Shown piece by piece: positions 16,350-31,415 of a stretch of DNA of 64,000 bases. The notes under the pieces were generated by a model. That model had not been told where the DNA came from, ran no database searches, and worked only from the letters and a program-made list of their open reading frames with translations. Origin of the DNA: Seison nebaliae (Eukaryota); the NCBI GenBank assembly GCA_023231475.1, contig JALJEE010003220.1, positions 1 through 64,000 on the forward strand, written 5' to 3'. Position 1 is the stretch's first letter; each line of letters begins with the position of its first letter. A program made the position numbers and the translations under genes.

Positions 16350-18379
16350 ATGGCCACCCAAGCAATGACATGTTAGAATTATAATAAAATTGTAAGATGA
16401 ATATAATTTATTCTCCAAAAGTTTCTTCAAAAATTAAGAACTTGAATGAATATTATAATAATATCATTGGGGGACATCATAACTATTATTGGAATGAAGC
16501 GACGATAACTTTAAAATATTTCTCATCTGTACTCTTTCAGTTAAGTCGTTTTTGTTATTGAAATAAAACTTAAATTTTCATCCAACTCAGTATTTTGGAG
16601 GAGATGCAGGGAAATGTGGAAATGGTTTTAAAAGAACGACAAGCCATCCAAATTAAGGAGAACAGCAAAGATGATGAACTATTACGATCTAATCATCAAC
16701 CGAATATGAACTATGTTTCATTGTATCATTCTCTGATGAATGTCATGAACGTATTACCATCCATTCATCAACAGGAACAATATACAGGTGAAATTTTTTG
16801 AGATATTTTTCTTTGAATAATTGTGGAAAGTAATTGTGTATTTAATGTGAATAAAATGTGAAAGTTTTGTGTTTTTGTGAAATTTGATTATCGAGTTTAT
16901 TTTCTTCCAATTATACTATTGGTAAAGTTTGGTCATAATTGTATTATAATCTATACTTGTCCATTTGAAGGTATTGCCACTGAAGTGTTGAATGTTCTAC
17001 ATTTTCTTATTCCATTTCTACCTTGTGATATCCTCGAATATTTACCATATCAATTGATTATTCAATTGAATAATTTCCGATCGGAATATTTACAAACAAC
17101 ATTAATTCGAATTATTATTTATCAATTGATGCCGATCATCATTCGATATGGTCAAATGAAGAAATCGATAAATTGTGAGCAGATTTATCAGACGATTCCA
17201 TCCATACTATCGGTCGTCACCAGTAACTGCTCGTCAATCCAAGTGATGATGGAGTGTGTGGAAATGATTCTGCAATTTATTCCCGATATTCATCTTCAAT
17301 TGTTGAATCTCATCACTTATGGTACTTGGACTAGTCGATGTAATTGTCTTTTGTTATTGATGAGTTATTTCCCAAATCTGGTTGCAAATGAACAGATGAT
17401 GATGGAAAAAGAGAAGAATTCCTTCAATCTTTTCAACCATCTACAACGTCCTCAAATTAAATGTCAGTCTTTAGCCTGTTATCGCATCAGTTCACAAACA
17501 TCGATATCTGTTGCTAATTATGTGATAGTGGAACCGTTGCTTTGTTTCCATGGTTACGCATCAGCTACACCATGTTATATTTGTGAGAATTGTTATCAAC
17601 TTCTTTCAGACACTATTAAATCTTATACGATCCGTCTAATTAGTCCAATCAATTATTCTCTGTCAATTTGTTGCGAATGTGACGACTGTTCAGAATTGAC
17701 GTCGTTCTATTGTTGGAATTCTCAATGTTCATTAGAATTCCAAGGTAATATTAGTGAATTGAGACCAATCGGTTTCTGTGATAAATGTTATTGGCGACAT
17801 CATATCGATTCGACACATACAGCTCAAAAAAGCTCCTTTGAGAATTTTCCTCATTTCCAGGAAATGGTATCGAACGTTCTCAATGGATTCGACTTCGATT
17901 TATTAGTTTACTGTTTACAGAATCGACAATTTATTCAATCATCATTTCAATTAGCTGATGCGTTCAAATTAGATTTAACCAATTGTCTAATTTCCAGAAA
18001 AGTGACGAAACAATTTAATGGAAAATTTCCTGTGAAGAAGTCGAAAGAGAAAGATTGTCGATTGAATCGACAAATTTTGGGATCGATGAATGAAATCAAT
18101 TCGACGATGACTGACGATCAATATTCTTTGCCTATAGTCTCATTCAATATCATGACATTATCAAATCGTCTTCTTCTTTATTCTTGTGGTGATGTTTGTG
18201 TTCGTCTACTCAATTCACCCGAACGTTATTTACAATTACAAGAGAAATGTAAAAATATCGATAATGTTCAAGTTCCAATAGAAAGTTTCATAGGACAACC
18301 AACCATTTTACCAATAGGCAATTCATTATCACAACTTCCCCAACAACAACAACAACAACATAATACAAATAAAAATATA

Positions 18380-18421
<42 letters not shown>

Positions 18422-21400
18422 AATTTATTGTCGTTGAAGGATAGTCATCGATCTATGTTGATATTAAATCAACCAGAAGTACGATCGAATCCTTTACAGA
18501 AATGTCGATGGAAACATGGTAGAAAATCGGAAGTTAAAACTTTAAGAAAATTAAGTTCGTCTCTCAATCGATCTGATGTCATATTAACGACAACTTTCAA
18601 AAATATCACCACTTCAACCAACAGCAACAACAACAATAATATAAATAATGAATTTTCCTCAAACCAAAATTTATTAGGGAGAACTATTCCGAAGAATGAT
18701 TCGGAAACATTCTCCCAATCGAAACGTGTGACTAGTTCGACGATGTTACCACAATTAGTAACGTCACAACCACCATTACCACCATCCACCACTTTAATGA
18801 CGATTAATAGTGATACTCCGAATGAGAATGAGAATCAATTACCATTTCTCACATTGAATCGATTCCATAATTTCGCACTGAATTCTATCACGAGAGCGAA
18901 CGTTAAGAAATCTCAATTAAAGTCTTTAATTCCACTCCAAAAATTTCTAATGAGAAATATTTTTTATTTACAAGTCAATTTCTCATCGATCCAATTCTCC
19001 AATTTATTTCGAACGAATCCAATGAATCAATTCTATAATTGTCTCTCAATCATCTCACCAGATTTGGAGAAGGAAATGATTTCACTTCTATCACCATTCT
19101 CTCTTTCTCATCATCAGGAATATAATATGAATGATCAATTCGAACGGAATGCTCAATTAATATCGAATCGAACATTGGCACAAAATAAACGTATGAAAAG
19201 TGAATCAGAGAATTTTCTCGATCGATTTCTCTTTCGATTTCTCCAACAAATTGAAACAAATTCTCATCAACATTTTCCTATAGACGACCATGAGAATATT
19301 TGGAGATTTGTCGTTAATCTGAAAGAATGGTCCTCTCACAAATCTTATGAGCATAATATTCTGACTTCCAACCATATTATTGAACAATTGATTTGGTTGA
19401 ATGGAATGATGGAATCGTTAATACTTCCCAGTGAAGTCATCGGAAATTTGTGGATGAAATGGTTAGAAATGTTACCCGACTTGAAATTATCGGACGATCA
19501 TTTCATTTTTTGTCGTGAGATATTTCAAAAATTATTTAGCCTTTATGATTCGGTTAAATTCCTTCGACCATTCCCATTAAATGAATCAAATTCCAATGGA
19601 GATGTTCGGTATGAACGTTTATCCATCGTAGACATATTATGTGAGAAATTGAGTATTAACATTTTTCATGGAATTATTGAGAGATTCGGTGTTCATGACG
19701 ATTTTTCGTCTAGAAACTTCTTGACCGTTTTCACCGAATTGAACGAGGCAATTCTCCAATTTCATAATATGATCGTATCGTTATCTTGTTTGAGTGAAAT
19801 GGATATACGAATTCCATTTCAATTAATTTTCAAAATGACTACCACAATCATCAGTTTAGTGAGAGTGATGAATGATTTCTATCAATCCAACATCTCCATC
19901 ATTCAGGAGAATATGATTCAAAATGCTTCACCAAAACATCAGGAGGAAATTAAAACGAACACCAGAACGAAAAGACGTGCAACATTTCATGTCGATTCAT
20001 CTGATAGTGATCATGATCATGGTGAGAACGATGAGGGAAATGGACGAGTGAACGATGATATTTATGAGACGAATAAAAATATCGTTGATTCGATATTGTC
20101 TCTCGTGTTCGATATTCGACGAATCTTCCAATCTACTTTCATAAAATTATCTCAATTGAATATGAAACAATTAAGAATTTGGTTCAATCCCACATTCTTC
20201 GAACAAGCACAACAACGCAATCAACAACAACAACAACAACCACAACAACAATTTCCTCAGACTTCGATGGATTATCGAACGACATGTCCAATTACATTTA
20301 ATCAGATGTGTCAAGTACAATTTGCACTTTTGTTGCAAATGTCTGATGGATGGTTCTATGATACATTGATGAGTGATAATAAAATAAATGGAGAGAATTT
20401 CCTTTTTAATCAATTTCAATTTGATACAACAGATAAATTGTATTGGTATGAGATACTCTTGGAAATCTTATCAGTGTCATCAAACGATTCATTAGATATT
20501 GGAGAATTTGATCTTTCATCGATTAAACCACACGTCAGTGTTTCACAAACGACAAATAATAAATTTCATTCGAATATCTCTTCTTCACTCTCGTTGAAGA
20601 GAAAAGTGAAATTAGAGAATACAATTATAACTAACAACATTCCCAATAATATATCGACCGATTATCAAGAAGTTTATTATCAATTGATTCAATCGTTCGA
20701 TTATTCGAAGAAACAAAATTCTAATTATTGTCAATCGATATTACATCATGTCCGTCTTAATCAACCGTTGACATCATCCGTTCTCTCAGCCCAACATGAG
20801 AATTCGATGATTGACAATGACATGTTAGATTTGGATGAATTAATTTTAAATAATCTCTTAAGTCTGCCTGGTCGTCATGAGAATTATTATAAAATAATTC
20901 GTCATCTCCTTCAAGAGGAGGATGAATATGATTTGAAACATATCGCCACTTATGTTCCATTACCGACGTTACTCCTTTATCGTATCATGCAAGATTTGTC
21001 CATTCGTAATCCATTAATAATGGAAAGTATCGAACATGTCGCAATGAATTGGATAGATGTTGATGTGTCATCTCTTGGTCATCAATCGAAAGAGAAGACG
21101 AATGAAATTCGTCAATTACAAGAGAATAAAAACCAGTTGGTAGTTTGTCAAAATATTTTATTGTTGACAATGAAATGTTTTCGACTACTTCTCATCAACT
21201 ATAACGTTTTCACATTTATCGACGAGAATACTTTCGTTCATGACGATCCGTCAATTTCCATCAATCAACGTCTTCACCAGAAAACGGTGGAAGACGACGA
21301 GAATAGTTTCCGTCGAATATCATTAAATTTGACAAAAGATCGATATAAACATATTAGTTCGACAGTGAAAAATCGACGAACTTCCATGTCTCAACTGAAA

Positions 21401-24400
21401 ACACTTTATCATACCGATTACGAGTTAGATGATGATAATAGATTGAAATTTCCACCGATTCGAATGAGTAAATATCCGTCCGATCCAGATGATTATGGAA
21501 ATACGACGAAAAAGTCTCCTAAAAAATCAGACGCTTCTCTTATGACATCGTTTACAACAACAAGAATAAGTGAAAATAATAATAATAATAATAATATTAA
21601 GAGAAGATCAACTTGGAAAGTATCGAAAGAGAAAATTTTGAATGTACTTTTTTTCAAATATCTTCGTCAAGTTTTCATTCGACAATCAATTCGGAAACTT
21701 TGGACGTTGTTACTTCTTCACGACATGGATATGATTGGTGATATATCATCTTGCTTCATATTTATTTGTTCTTCCAAATCGGCATATTTCGATTTATGTC
21801 AAATGATATGTCAATCGCTCTACGAACGATATTGTACATGTGAATATCAACCGAATTTCATCGATCATATCACTCGATTATCACACTTGATGACATTCCT
21901 TTCATCAACACAATTAACTCAAAATAATGTATATGTTGAAGCGACGATTGTTTTCTTATCACAAATGTTATTGAATGAGAATTTCAATGATCGTTGTTCT
22001 TCCATCAGTAGAATTTCGTTGGAGACACAAGGTAAATTCCAAAGATATTATGTTCATCCTAGTTACTATTTGAATTCATTCGGAATTCTCGAACGAATCA
22101 TCAAAACGATCAAACTCGTTCATCATTCTCCCAAAATACCAACGACGAAATATAATAAAGAACAGTTGAAACGAATATCATCGAATATAATTCGATTACG
22201 ATTAAATAATTTCGATTTATTTGACGACGTTCACAATTATTTAATTTCTGTCGTTCTCGCCATCGTTAATTTGGAGAGTAAGGAGAGAAAAGAGAATCGT
22301 TTTGATGGGGAATTAAGTGCAGCAAATATCCAATCCATCGCCACATTATTAGAACAATTATCAGGAAATGCCATTTATACCGTCACATCTTGTTTCATTA
22401 ATCAATTTGCATCAACGTCAATTAATTGGCGAGAGTTATTAGAAGAGACGAGAAAAACTGATCAATTTCATTTTCTTGATAAATTCCATCCGATCGATAT
22501 TGATAATTCCATAACAAATCTTTATCTTTCCATACGTCATCTGAATGAGACGCGACGACATCTCCTTCTCGTCACTCTCACTCGATTGAGACAACTTCGT
22601 CCACAATCCATTTCTTATCGTTTTCAATCGATTCATCAACCATCCGATTCTCTCATAGATAATGAGACATTATCTACTCATTCCTCTTCGACATTAAATG
22701 ATATTTTATCGAAATATTTATTCAAATCTTTTATTTTCTTCTCCAATCTCTTCCAAAAGAAAATGGAAGGCAGTGGCCAAATTGGTAATATCAATCGAAA
22801 TGAATCTTTATTTTCTTCTGCTCGTCAAAATTTACTTTCGTTTGTTAGTGACGACAATTCGAATTTTACTCAATTTCATCGACCATCTCAATTGAAAAGT
22901 AGAGATCGAACATATGACACTGTCAATTTCATGTCGTTGAGAGTACTACTCGAATATTGTGATAGTTTAGTGAGTGAAGCTCAATTGTTAGACGATCAAC
23001 AATGTGTCCATTCCATTCTTCCCAATCGATTCCAATCGAAGAAACATCACAATAAAATAGCGAACATCTATCGACGAATTATCATGCAAAAAAGATTGAA
23101 TGATTCCAATCGATATATCGATCGTATTGATGATATTGTTAATGGTATTCATCTGACATCGCCAGCAGAATTATTACGGCATAACATCTATCAATTATCT
23201 CCTTCTCTATTCTCCGTTTACTCAGCGATATTGGCCCAAGAACAGAAAGAAACTCATCCGACACCTGTTTGCCAATCGACGATGATTGATCCGATTCTAT
23301 TCCGATCCCATTGTATCAATATTCATTTATGTTCCAATGCTCGTCATCGATACAATTTCATGAATTATTCGTCAATCTTATGCAATACTGCCACTACACC
23401 AATCGTTGGAAATAATATGAATATTAGTAATAGTAATATGGAAATGAATGACGATTTGCGAATGGAATCCATTGGTAATTTATTAGAAGGTTCCCATCCT
23501 TCATTCTTCATTATTCCATCAGTGTTCTCTTTAACAGATTCGGAAGTGAATATGATTTATTTCTTGATGTTAGAAATATTAGATAAGAATGTTACTCTAA
23601 CACTCATACGGAATATTTTGACGGTTAACATCACTTTTGATTTTTTTTCCAAATTTTTTCAAAATTATTTTTCAAAATTTTTTCTAAAATGTTTTTTTTT
23701 CAAATTTGTCATTCCTATCAACTTTCATTCACCTTTCGTCTTGTCATTCAATATTGTGGAAGCATCTCTAATCGTCTATTCACTTCTAGACGTTGGCACA
23801 TGATTGTCATATCAGTAAACTAATGCAATCGATTCCACCGATCAGGAGACCTCAACATAATTTAATAAATTCGGGTAGTGATCCGAATGACGTTCAAGAT
23901 GTTCATGTGAATAATAATCAATTTAGGAAAGTAGGTGGTGATGAAACGGTGAGGAAAACATTGAAGAATCCATTAATCAATAACGATTCATTGTTGAACA
24001 ATAATCAGAATTGTGAGAAACCTGAACGTCGATCTCGTTTGTCATCACTTACTGAATTACCTCGAATTGTCGATAATCGAATGGAAGTTGATCATTCAGA
24101 ATCATCATCTGATAATCGACAATCATTATGGATAAGAAATACTTTACAAAAGAAGAAAATTAATGCGATGAAAAATAGGAGGAAAACACAACAATGTCAA
24201 TCGTCAAACGATCGAATTCATGGACGAAAAGGGCGGAAGGAGAAAAAGAAATTAAAGAATTCGAATTTTGACGATCTATCCAAAAGAAGCAAAGGAAGGA
24301 AAGTAATAACAGGAAAACGTCGACGAAATAGGAAGAAAGGGAAATTTTTTAAATTCTTAAAAAAGAATTTCAATTGGGAAAATTATCAACGACTGATTTT

Positions 24401-27400
24401 TATGAATTATCGACTATTGAGAATCGATACTAATAAACGATTATTCGTCCGTCCCATCACCTCGTACGAAAATGAAATGTTGACGAACTTATTAAATTTG
24501 ACGGAACCGATGACAAATTTTGAGAAAATACAAAATAAGTTTGTGAATTCGAATGTGAATGAAATGGAAAGAAATCGAACAATAAATGATGAGAATCTTC
24601 GAATAAATTGGATTCAAATAAGTTTTCGTGTTTTGGCAATGATGTTGGGCTATTCGATGAGAAATTCCCAATTTATCATTTCGCCACTTTATTTAAGAAA
24701 TTCGACAACTTTCCGAACATTTCTCCAATTTATCGTTCTCGTTCTCGATAAGAATATCGAATTGGTTCAATTTCTTCGATGTTCGACACATCGATTAAAT
24801 ACTATCGAACAATATCGATCAGATGTACGTCGACATCAAGTTAAAGAGAAATTAAACGTGTCGAAAAATTTGCATATTTTCAAAAAATTTATGAAGCGAT
24901 ATGAAGTTCATTTTAAGAGATCCATGGAAATCTCTTTGAAAGATGTTCGTCAATCTCAAGACGATTCATCAAATTGTTCGTCGTTAACTTCACAACAATA
25001 TGCATCATCATCTTGTTCATCATCATCATCGTCATTATCAAGATCGTCAAAGAATTCGAATGCTTTCTCTAAATCTTCATCATCCAGTTCTTCCGTCACA
25101 TCATCAATAAAATCAAATTCATCGATATTGTCACGAATCGATTTCAATTCATTCTTTCCCAACAGATATTCTGCTATTTCATCCAGTGCCAGTTCTCGTC
25201 GTAATTCTATGGGAAACTTATCAATAAAATCATTATCTTCATCTGGTTCTCGAATCGATTCACGATCATCACCATCGACAACGTCAACGACGAAAACTAC
25301 GACAGGCGAAACGGATTCCTCAACGAAAAATCGGAAAAACGATCGAATCAAACCAGTTTTCCATTTGAATCGATTTGACGTCGGAATAAATCGATTAAAG
25401 AGAAAAGATGAATTGGATGTGTCGACTGGTATTTTGGAGGATGGGAAAATTCGAAATGATAATGGGAAATTGGCAGGATCGTCTCACAATTTTCTACCGA
25501 TTCTTAAACGAAAAGGCAACGAAGGTGAAATATTCTCACCATTCAACATTTCTAATCAACGACAACAACAACAACAACAACATAATCATCATCATAATCA
25601 TCATCATAATCATCATCATCATCAACATCATCATATACCACAACAACAACAACAGCAACAACAATTCTCTACGAATAATTCACAACAATATCATTCATCA
25701 ATTTATATGCAAATTCAACAACAACAACAAAATTTACCCTCAATAAATCAACAACAAAAGGAGAAGATGAGACATACGATTGTATCGCCAAATAATCGTT
25801 TGAACGATATCGTATCGACGGTTTATGGGAAAATGAATGAACCACCCGAAATTATAGAACAATATTTTTCCACTTTCCTTTTCAATCTGCTCATACATTC
25901 GACTTGTTCGGTTGAATGTCGAGACTCCATCATTCACACTAATAAATATAATCAAGATATTTATAAATGTTTCCCATTTCTCCCAACTGCCACGCTCAAT
26001 CGAAAGATGGAAACAAATCATCAAATAAATCAATTCGATAATTCTCAGAAACATTCAAAATGTCGCCAATATCATTCGTTACTCTTATTCGACGAAGTGG
26101 AATTACGAGTTTTTTGGCTTCAGATTGTTGCCATTCTCGTTTTCAAATATGATACCGTCATCTCCACTTATGACGATGTACAATGTATCATTTATATTCT
26201 GATTAATACATTAAATTCCATCTTATCCGGTATCGAAGGTCATGCGTCCAATATTTTCATGACGAAGAATTCTAACGTCGATCGAAAACGGTGGAAATTG
26301 AAAAAGAATTATTTTCCATTCCAAAATGAACATGATGATACTGAGACATCTCACACCTCTTCCAATCCGTCAGCTCAACGAACCATTCTCCTCACCATCT
26401 GGCATGAACATATTCGCTCTTTCTACCAGAAACATTTCTCCATGTGTGAATTGGAACATGATTATGATCTCTATAATTCTATTATGATCAAACCAATGTT
26501 GAACGTTAATATCGCTTCATTATTTGACAATGATTGTCTCTCTTGGATATTCACTGTGGCCACATTGATCGCTCAAAATCGAGCTGCACAAATAGCCCCA
26601 CAACTCCTCACACTCATCGATGTCGTTATTAAATTTTGTGAATGTTCCACCAAGACCACCACAGACATGAACGATTATATCGTTTCTGGAAATTTCTGTA
26701 GTGCAGCGAAACATTTCATCCGATGTACTTTCCAACAATTATCTCAATCGGATTTACTTTCCATCTACTTTTCATATCGGAAATTAAGTTTTCTTTTTTC
26801 TTTCTTCAATTCTTCTTTTTATTTTTCTTCTTCAGATACTTCCACTTTAACATCATTATTCGATTGTTTACAAGATTATGAAGATTATACTCCATTAAAT
26901 GCAACATATCAAGTCCTCCAAGTTTCTTTTTTAAAATGAAATTTAATTTTTTTTCTTTAACAATATTTGAAAGTATTTGACGAAAGAGATGGATCTCTTA
27001 CAGACAACATCAGAAGATGAAAATGAAGCACGAATATTACGTGTGAGTAATTGTCTCCACAACACTTTCTCCTTCATCACCATCATCCATTCAGCTTTCA
27101 ATCATTCCTCATTTTGGCAACAAGTTAATTCTTCCACATCCCTTAAATTCAAATAATGTCATTTCAGATACTGGATTTAATTCATACGATCTTCCGTCAA
27201 ATCATTCGAACGATAACAACTTTATCAATCGACATTAAACAATTTTTCGATTTTCAATTATTGTTTCCTTTAATGATCCGTCTAGTACAATTGCCAACGA
27301 TCACAAACGAATCATACAAAGTTCCTCTTCCAATCCAATTTCCATCATTACGAAATTTAATCCATCACTTTCAGCCTTTAATCGATTGCTTTCTCAATCT

Positions 27401-28799
27401 CTTCTCATATTCTCTTTCCATTACAACAATTAACTTACGATCATTAATGGACGTGTCTCATGCATTCTCTCAATATTTATTGAAAGATCGTGAGAAATTT
27501 AGTTTGAGTCGTCATGTCATAAGATGTCTCACAGATTTCCTTCAGAAGAAAATCGTTTTCCATCCCAATATATTTGTACTTCTCCAAGTTCTATATAACC
27601 TTTCTCTATATGTATTTTATTCGCTCTTTTAAAGTTTCTTCTTTTAATCAACAACAGTTTATTATCAGAATATCGCCAACATTCTGATTTGATTCCTGAT
27701 ACATCTGGTTTTCAAATGTATTCTTCTGTTAGACTTCTTTTCATCACAACATTTTTTTTATTTGATGAAAATTTTCCATAAATCTTTTCTCTTTCTATTT
27801 CAACAACTATATCAGATATTCAATGGAACGATGGAATCAGTTCGAATGTACTTCGATACATTTGTCGATTATCTGTTGGACACACAAGCCACACTCAATT
27901 TAGCGGAGATGAACATGAATGAACCGAGAAAGAAATTTAAGTTCTCAATTCAAAATCGAAATAAACATTTCTCCTCTCAAATCATCGGCAACGACGAGAG
28001 TCTTGGCGGTTATTTGAAAAAGAGTGTGGCGCAATATGTAGCAATCGAGTTATGTAATCAGAGATGTCTCATAAGGAAAATGTTGCCATGGCTTTTCAAT
28101 CCTCCAACTACAATTCAACATGCGGAGAAAGAGTTTGTGGAATGTATCGATCGAATTCGTTTATTGTCATGGATATTAATTGGAGCATTATCTCATATTT
28201 CCACATGTCCTCAGATGCCCATCGAACCGATCGCAGTACGAGAATCATCACATATTGGCGATTATATTCTCATCATTCTCTCAGCGTTCAATGATTCGAA
28301 TCATTCGTCAGTTACTCATATGTCATCATTCTTTCATACATTTCTCCTCTGTCAATTATGGAGTGTATATGTGGAGAGATTGACGATCGAACATGATGAA
28401 CATGTTCATGCGATTGTCGAGTTTTGGCTTCGAATTACTCCCGCTGTTCTCCAACTCTTTAATCATTCGAAAAGTTTAGTAGAAATGATAAGTATGCATT
28501 TCCTCTCATTAGTCGAATCTCTTATGGAAATCAATTCACTTCTCGCCACCAAATTATTACCAGTTTGGCTTCAACTAATTCTAGCAGCTAATCGACATCG
28601 TACAATTCCCAAACATCTCCGATCACGACTTCGAGCTACTCTCAATTATCAAGCTGGTCTTCCTGACAAACAAAACGTTTGGCCAAGTGCTGAAGATGAA
28701 GCAGTTCGTTTGAGTCGATGGACCCAAAAATTGAGTGTTCGTTTAGCTCAAACGGAGATGCAATCAGCTCGTGCAATGGAACATTTTCATGGAGTTTAA
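16350..28799 (+). CDS. unc79: UNC79, NALCN channel complex subunit; 10 exons, ~3,900 aa
   Basis: The N-terminus MATQAMTFSSKIKNLNEYY...TLKYFSSVLF and the C-terminus LPWLFNPPTTIQHAEKEFVECIDRIRLLSWILIGALSH...HTFLLCQLWSVYVE match UNC79. Introns 16372-16421, 16540-16590, 16788-16970, 23624-23789, 26788-26835, 26922-26973, 27124-27167, 27588-27634 and 27728-27815 leave 11,721 nt in one frame. Confidence 0.93.
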
Positions 28800-28939
28800 T
28801 CTAATTTAGAGAGAGAAAAAAATAAAAATGTTTAAGAAAATATAAAAATTTATTTTTATTGAAACATTTATGAAATTAAATTTAAATAAATAAGAGAAAT
28901 AATTATAGAATTAATACAATCAATTATTACAGACTAATA

Positions 28940-29254
28940 TTAACTAAATTGACTATGAGTGACAAGAGGAGCGAACAAATTGTGAAAGAGTGAACATTTT
29001 AAATCTTTCTCAAGATCTTTCTCCGTTTGGACGGATCGATCTAATATCGTTAAATAATTATTGTGAAGGATTGAGATTTCTTCGTTCAATTCTTTCTCGA
29101 ACTTTCGACGATATGTTTCGGAGACGGAAGTATTTAGACAAATATCCAATTTCAAATCATCATTTTTTTGTATTTCACTTCCTTTTTTTTTCTTTGACGA
29201 TTCTTTTCCTTTTGGAATTTTACAAAAATTTTTCAACCGTTTTATTTTCTTCAT
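28940..29254 (-). CDS. Possible exon of a small unknown gene convergent with unc79
   Basis: 104-codon ORF with protein-like composition; no family recognised. Confidence 0.25.
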   Translation of the reverse strand: MKKIKRLKNFCKIPKGKESSKKKKGSEIQKNDDLKLDICLNTSVSETYRRKFEKELNEEISILHNNYLTILDRSVQTEKDLEKDLKCSLFHNLFAPLVTHSQFS

Positions 29255-30251
29255 ATGGAAATTGTTTCCTCCAATTAATTTTTTTAGCTGTTCGTCCTTG
29301 AGTCAGTACTCGTGTTAAACTACACTTTGTTGTTCTAAAGAAGTGATGATGATGGTGATGATGAAATATACTTTGTAAATTACTTCAACTGATGTTGAAG
29401 ATGTTGAACGTAAAATTTATTGAGTTTCCCACAAATGTTCTTCGCTCATTGCTAGTAATTCGCGTAAGGACGAATTGAATAGTTGATCTCAAAGAAATTT
29501 CATATAGTGAAGTTACGTTGGAAGTTGTAAGAAAATTTTTAATTTTTGTTCCTCCTATTATATACGTGACAATTCTCTCATGATGACGTTGCGACGACGG
29601 TGATGGAAAGGGATTCAACAGTTTCTCCTATGAATAAATAAGTCTTCAATAAATAAAATTCTCTTTTCAACAACCTCACAATTTATATCTCTCTCAATTT
29701 ATGTACTCACTTTTTATCATTTGGAGTGATCGAATGCACGTATCATTATGGAAACACATGTTATTCATCGATTATTTAATCGATGAATACTTTTCTTGAT
29801 TGAAATATACATGTCATACATTTCCAATTGGAAAAACATGACAACCAGAAGGTAATGAAAAAATTTAGTGTTTCAGCTGTTTTTTTTTATGCAAATGTAC
29901 TCTCACTTACCGAAAGTAAACAAATCAAAAAATATTCCATTTAATTAGGTTCACTCATATTACACACACCATTTCATTCATTCAGTTTATTATTCTTGGT
30001 TAAACTGACAAACTTTTGTTCGAGCTCCTAATTTTTCGAGTAGTTTCCACATATGAATATCTAACAAGTTTTAGTAAGACAAATTGTTGGATAAACAACA
30101 TTTAATACAATTTGCTCCTTGAAAAAATTAAAACAGAATAAACGAAATTTAAACAACATTTATTTGTGCTAAAATGCTGGCTATTAATAAAAAATAAAGA
30201 GAACGTCATTTCCAAAATCGACATCAATGAATTTAATTAAATTCTTAAGAG

Positions 30252-31415
30252 ATGTTCAATCTTAAGAGTCATCTTAAGATATTGTTTCAATCTTCAATGT
30301 ACGATCGTTGTAAAGTTCACCAATTGTTGGAAAATGAAAGAGGAACACGTTCTTGTTGGAATATGACGATCAGTGAATTACGTAGCGCTTTATCTGACCT
30401 GAACGTTAAGAAAGCCCATGGTTACGACGATATCTGTCTTAATTTAGTGGAAAAACTCAAAGAAGAATGTCAACAATTGATAGTTGATTATATTAACGAC
30501 ATTCTTTATGGTAAACTAGATTATGTTGACAAAAGAATTTACACCATCACTCCAATCTATAAAGGACATGGTAAATGTACATCTGATGTAAACTTCTTTC
30601 ATCCAATATGTGTCGCAAGTGACCTAATCAAAGTAATTGAACAAGTTATTAAAAACGGAGGACAGACAATTCGGAGACTCGACAATTCGGACATGCGACA
30701 ATTCGGATACGTGCCAATTCGGAGACCAACAATTCGGAGACCATTTTTAATACTGTAGTGAATAGCGTAACAAGATGGTAATTTGACATATTGACATAAT
30801 ATTGACAACATATTGAAGACATAACGTAATGACAAAAGAAGTAAATTGAAAAAAAAGTATTGTCAAACTAATAGCTAATGTCTAATATATATTATGGAAA
30901 AAAGTCTTCCTCATTCGTTTATAGGTATTTTATTAAATTTTGTGCCATTGAAAATAGTCTCCGAATTGGCGCGTACGATTCTCGACGAATTATACTCGAC
31001 TAGATAGTCATGATCATCAAAAACTACGTGTCTCTTGATAATAGGATAACTTGTTGATACGTAATCCTATAATACTGCTATCAATAATAAGAAAAACTAT
31101 TAACTTACAATATATATTGTTAGCCAAACATATATTACTATAATATTCTTGTATGTAATCTTATAAGTAATGTACATATAGAATGTATTACCTATAAAAT
31201 AATCTAATAATCATTCTTAGTTTTACATATCGTACTAACATATCGTATGTAAAATTTTGAACAAGAAAAATTACCATCTTGTTACACTATTCACTACAGT
31301 ATTAAAAATGGTCTCCGAATTGTCGTATGTCCGAATTGGCACGTCTCCGAATTGTTTGTCGTTCATTAAAAACAGATATTCTTCCAATTTATTTTCTTCA
31401 AGGTATCGATTCGGT
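30252..31415 (+). mobile_element. LINE RT fragment interrupted by a DNA transposon
   Basis: SELRSALSDLNVKKAHGYDDI...ITPIYKGHGK...FFHPICVASDLIKVIEQVIKN. Removing 30657-31373 (the insert plus one TSD copy) lets the frame continue RYSSNLFSSRYRFG, paralleling LNRYSSILY in the 3.5-kb LINE. Confidence 0.85.
30657..31364. mobile_element. Non-autonomous Mutator-like (MULE) element, 708 bp, long TIRs with internal tandem repeats
   Basis: Perfect 9-bp TSD ATTAAAAAC at 30648-30656 and 31365-31373. Inverted ends of ~95-125 bp are built from ~15-bp CAATTCGGA units (5 left, 3 right) plus a shared ccatttttaatactgtagtgaatag.gtaacaagatggtaattt block. Confidence 0.88.

Noticed and set aside
23624..23803. Overlapping long ORFs (16877..23803 and 23793..26939) suggesting a programmed frameshift or two genes
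   Set aside because: A GTT..TAG intron at 23624-23789 joins them in frame as UNC79.
26779..26835. Apparent non-canonical GA/GG-AG intron in unc79
   Set aside because: A canonical GT at 26788 gives a 48-nt in-frame intron.
30660..30745. Regularly spaced CAATTCGGA repeats resembling a CRISPR array
   Set aside because: Units are ~15 bp with 5-6 nt spacers, mirrored at 31310-31355, and form transposon TIRs. The context is eukaryotic with no cas genes.
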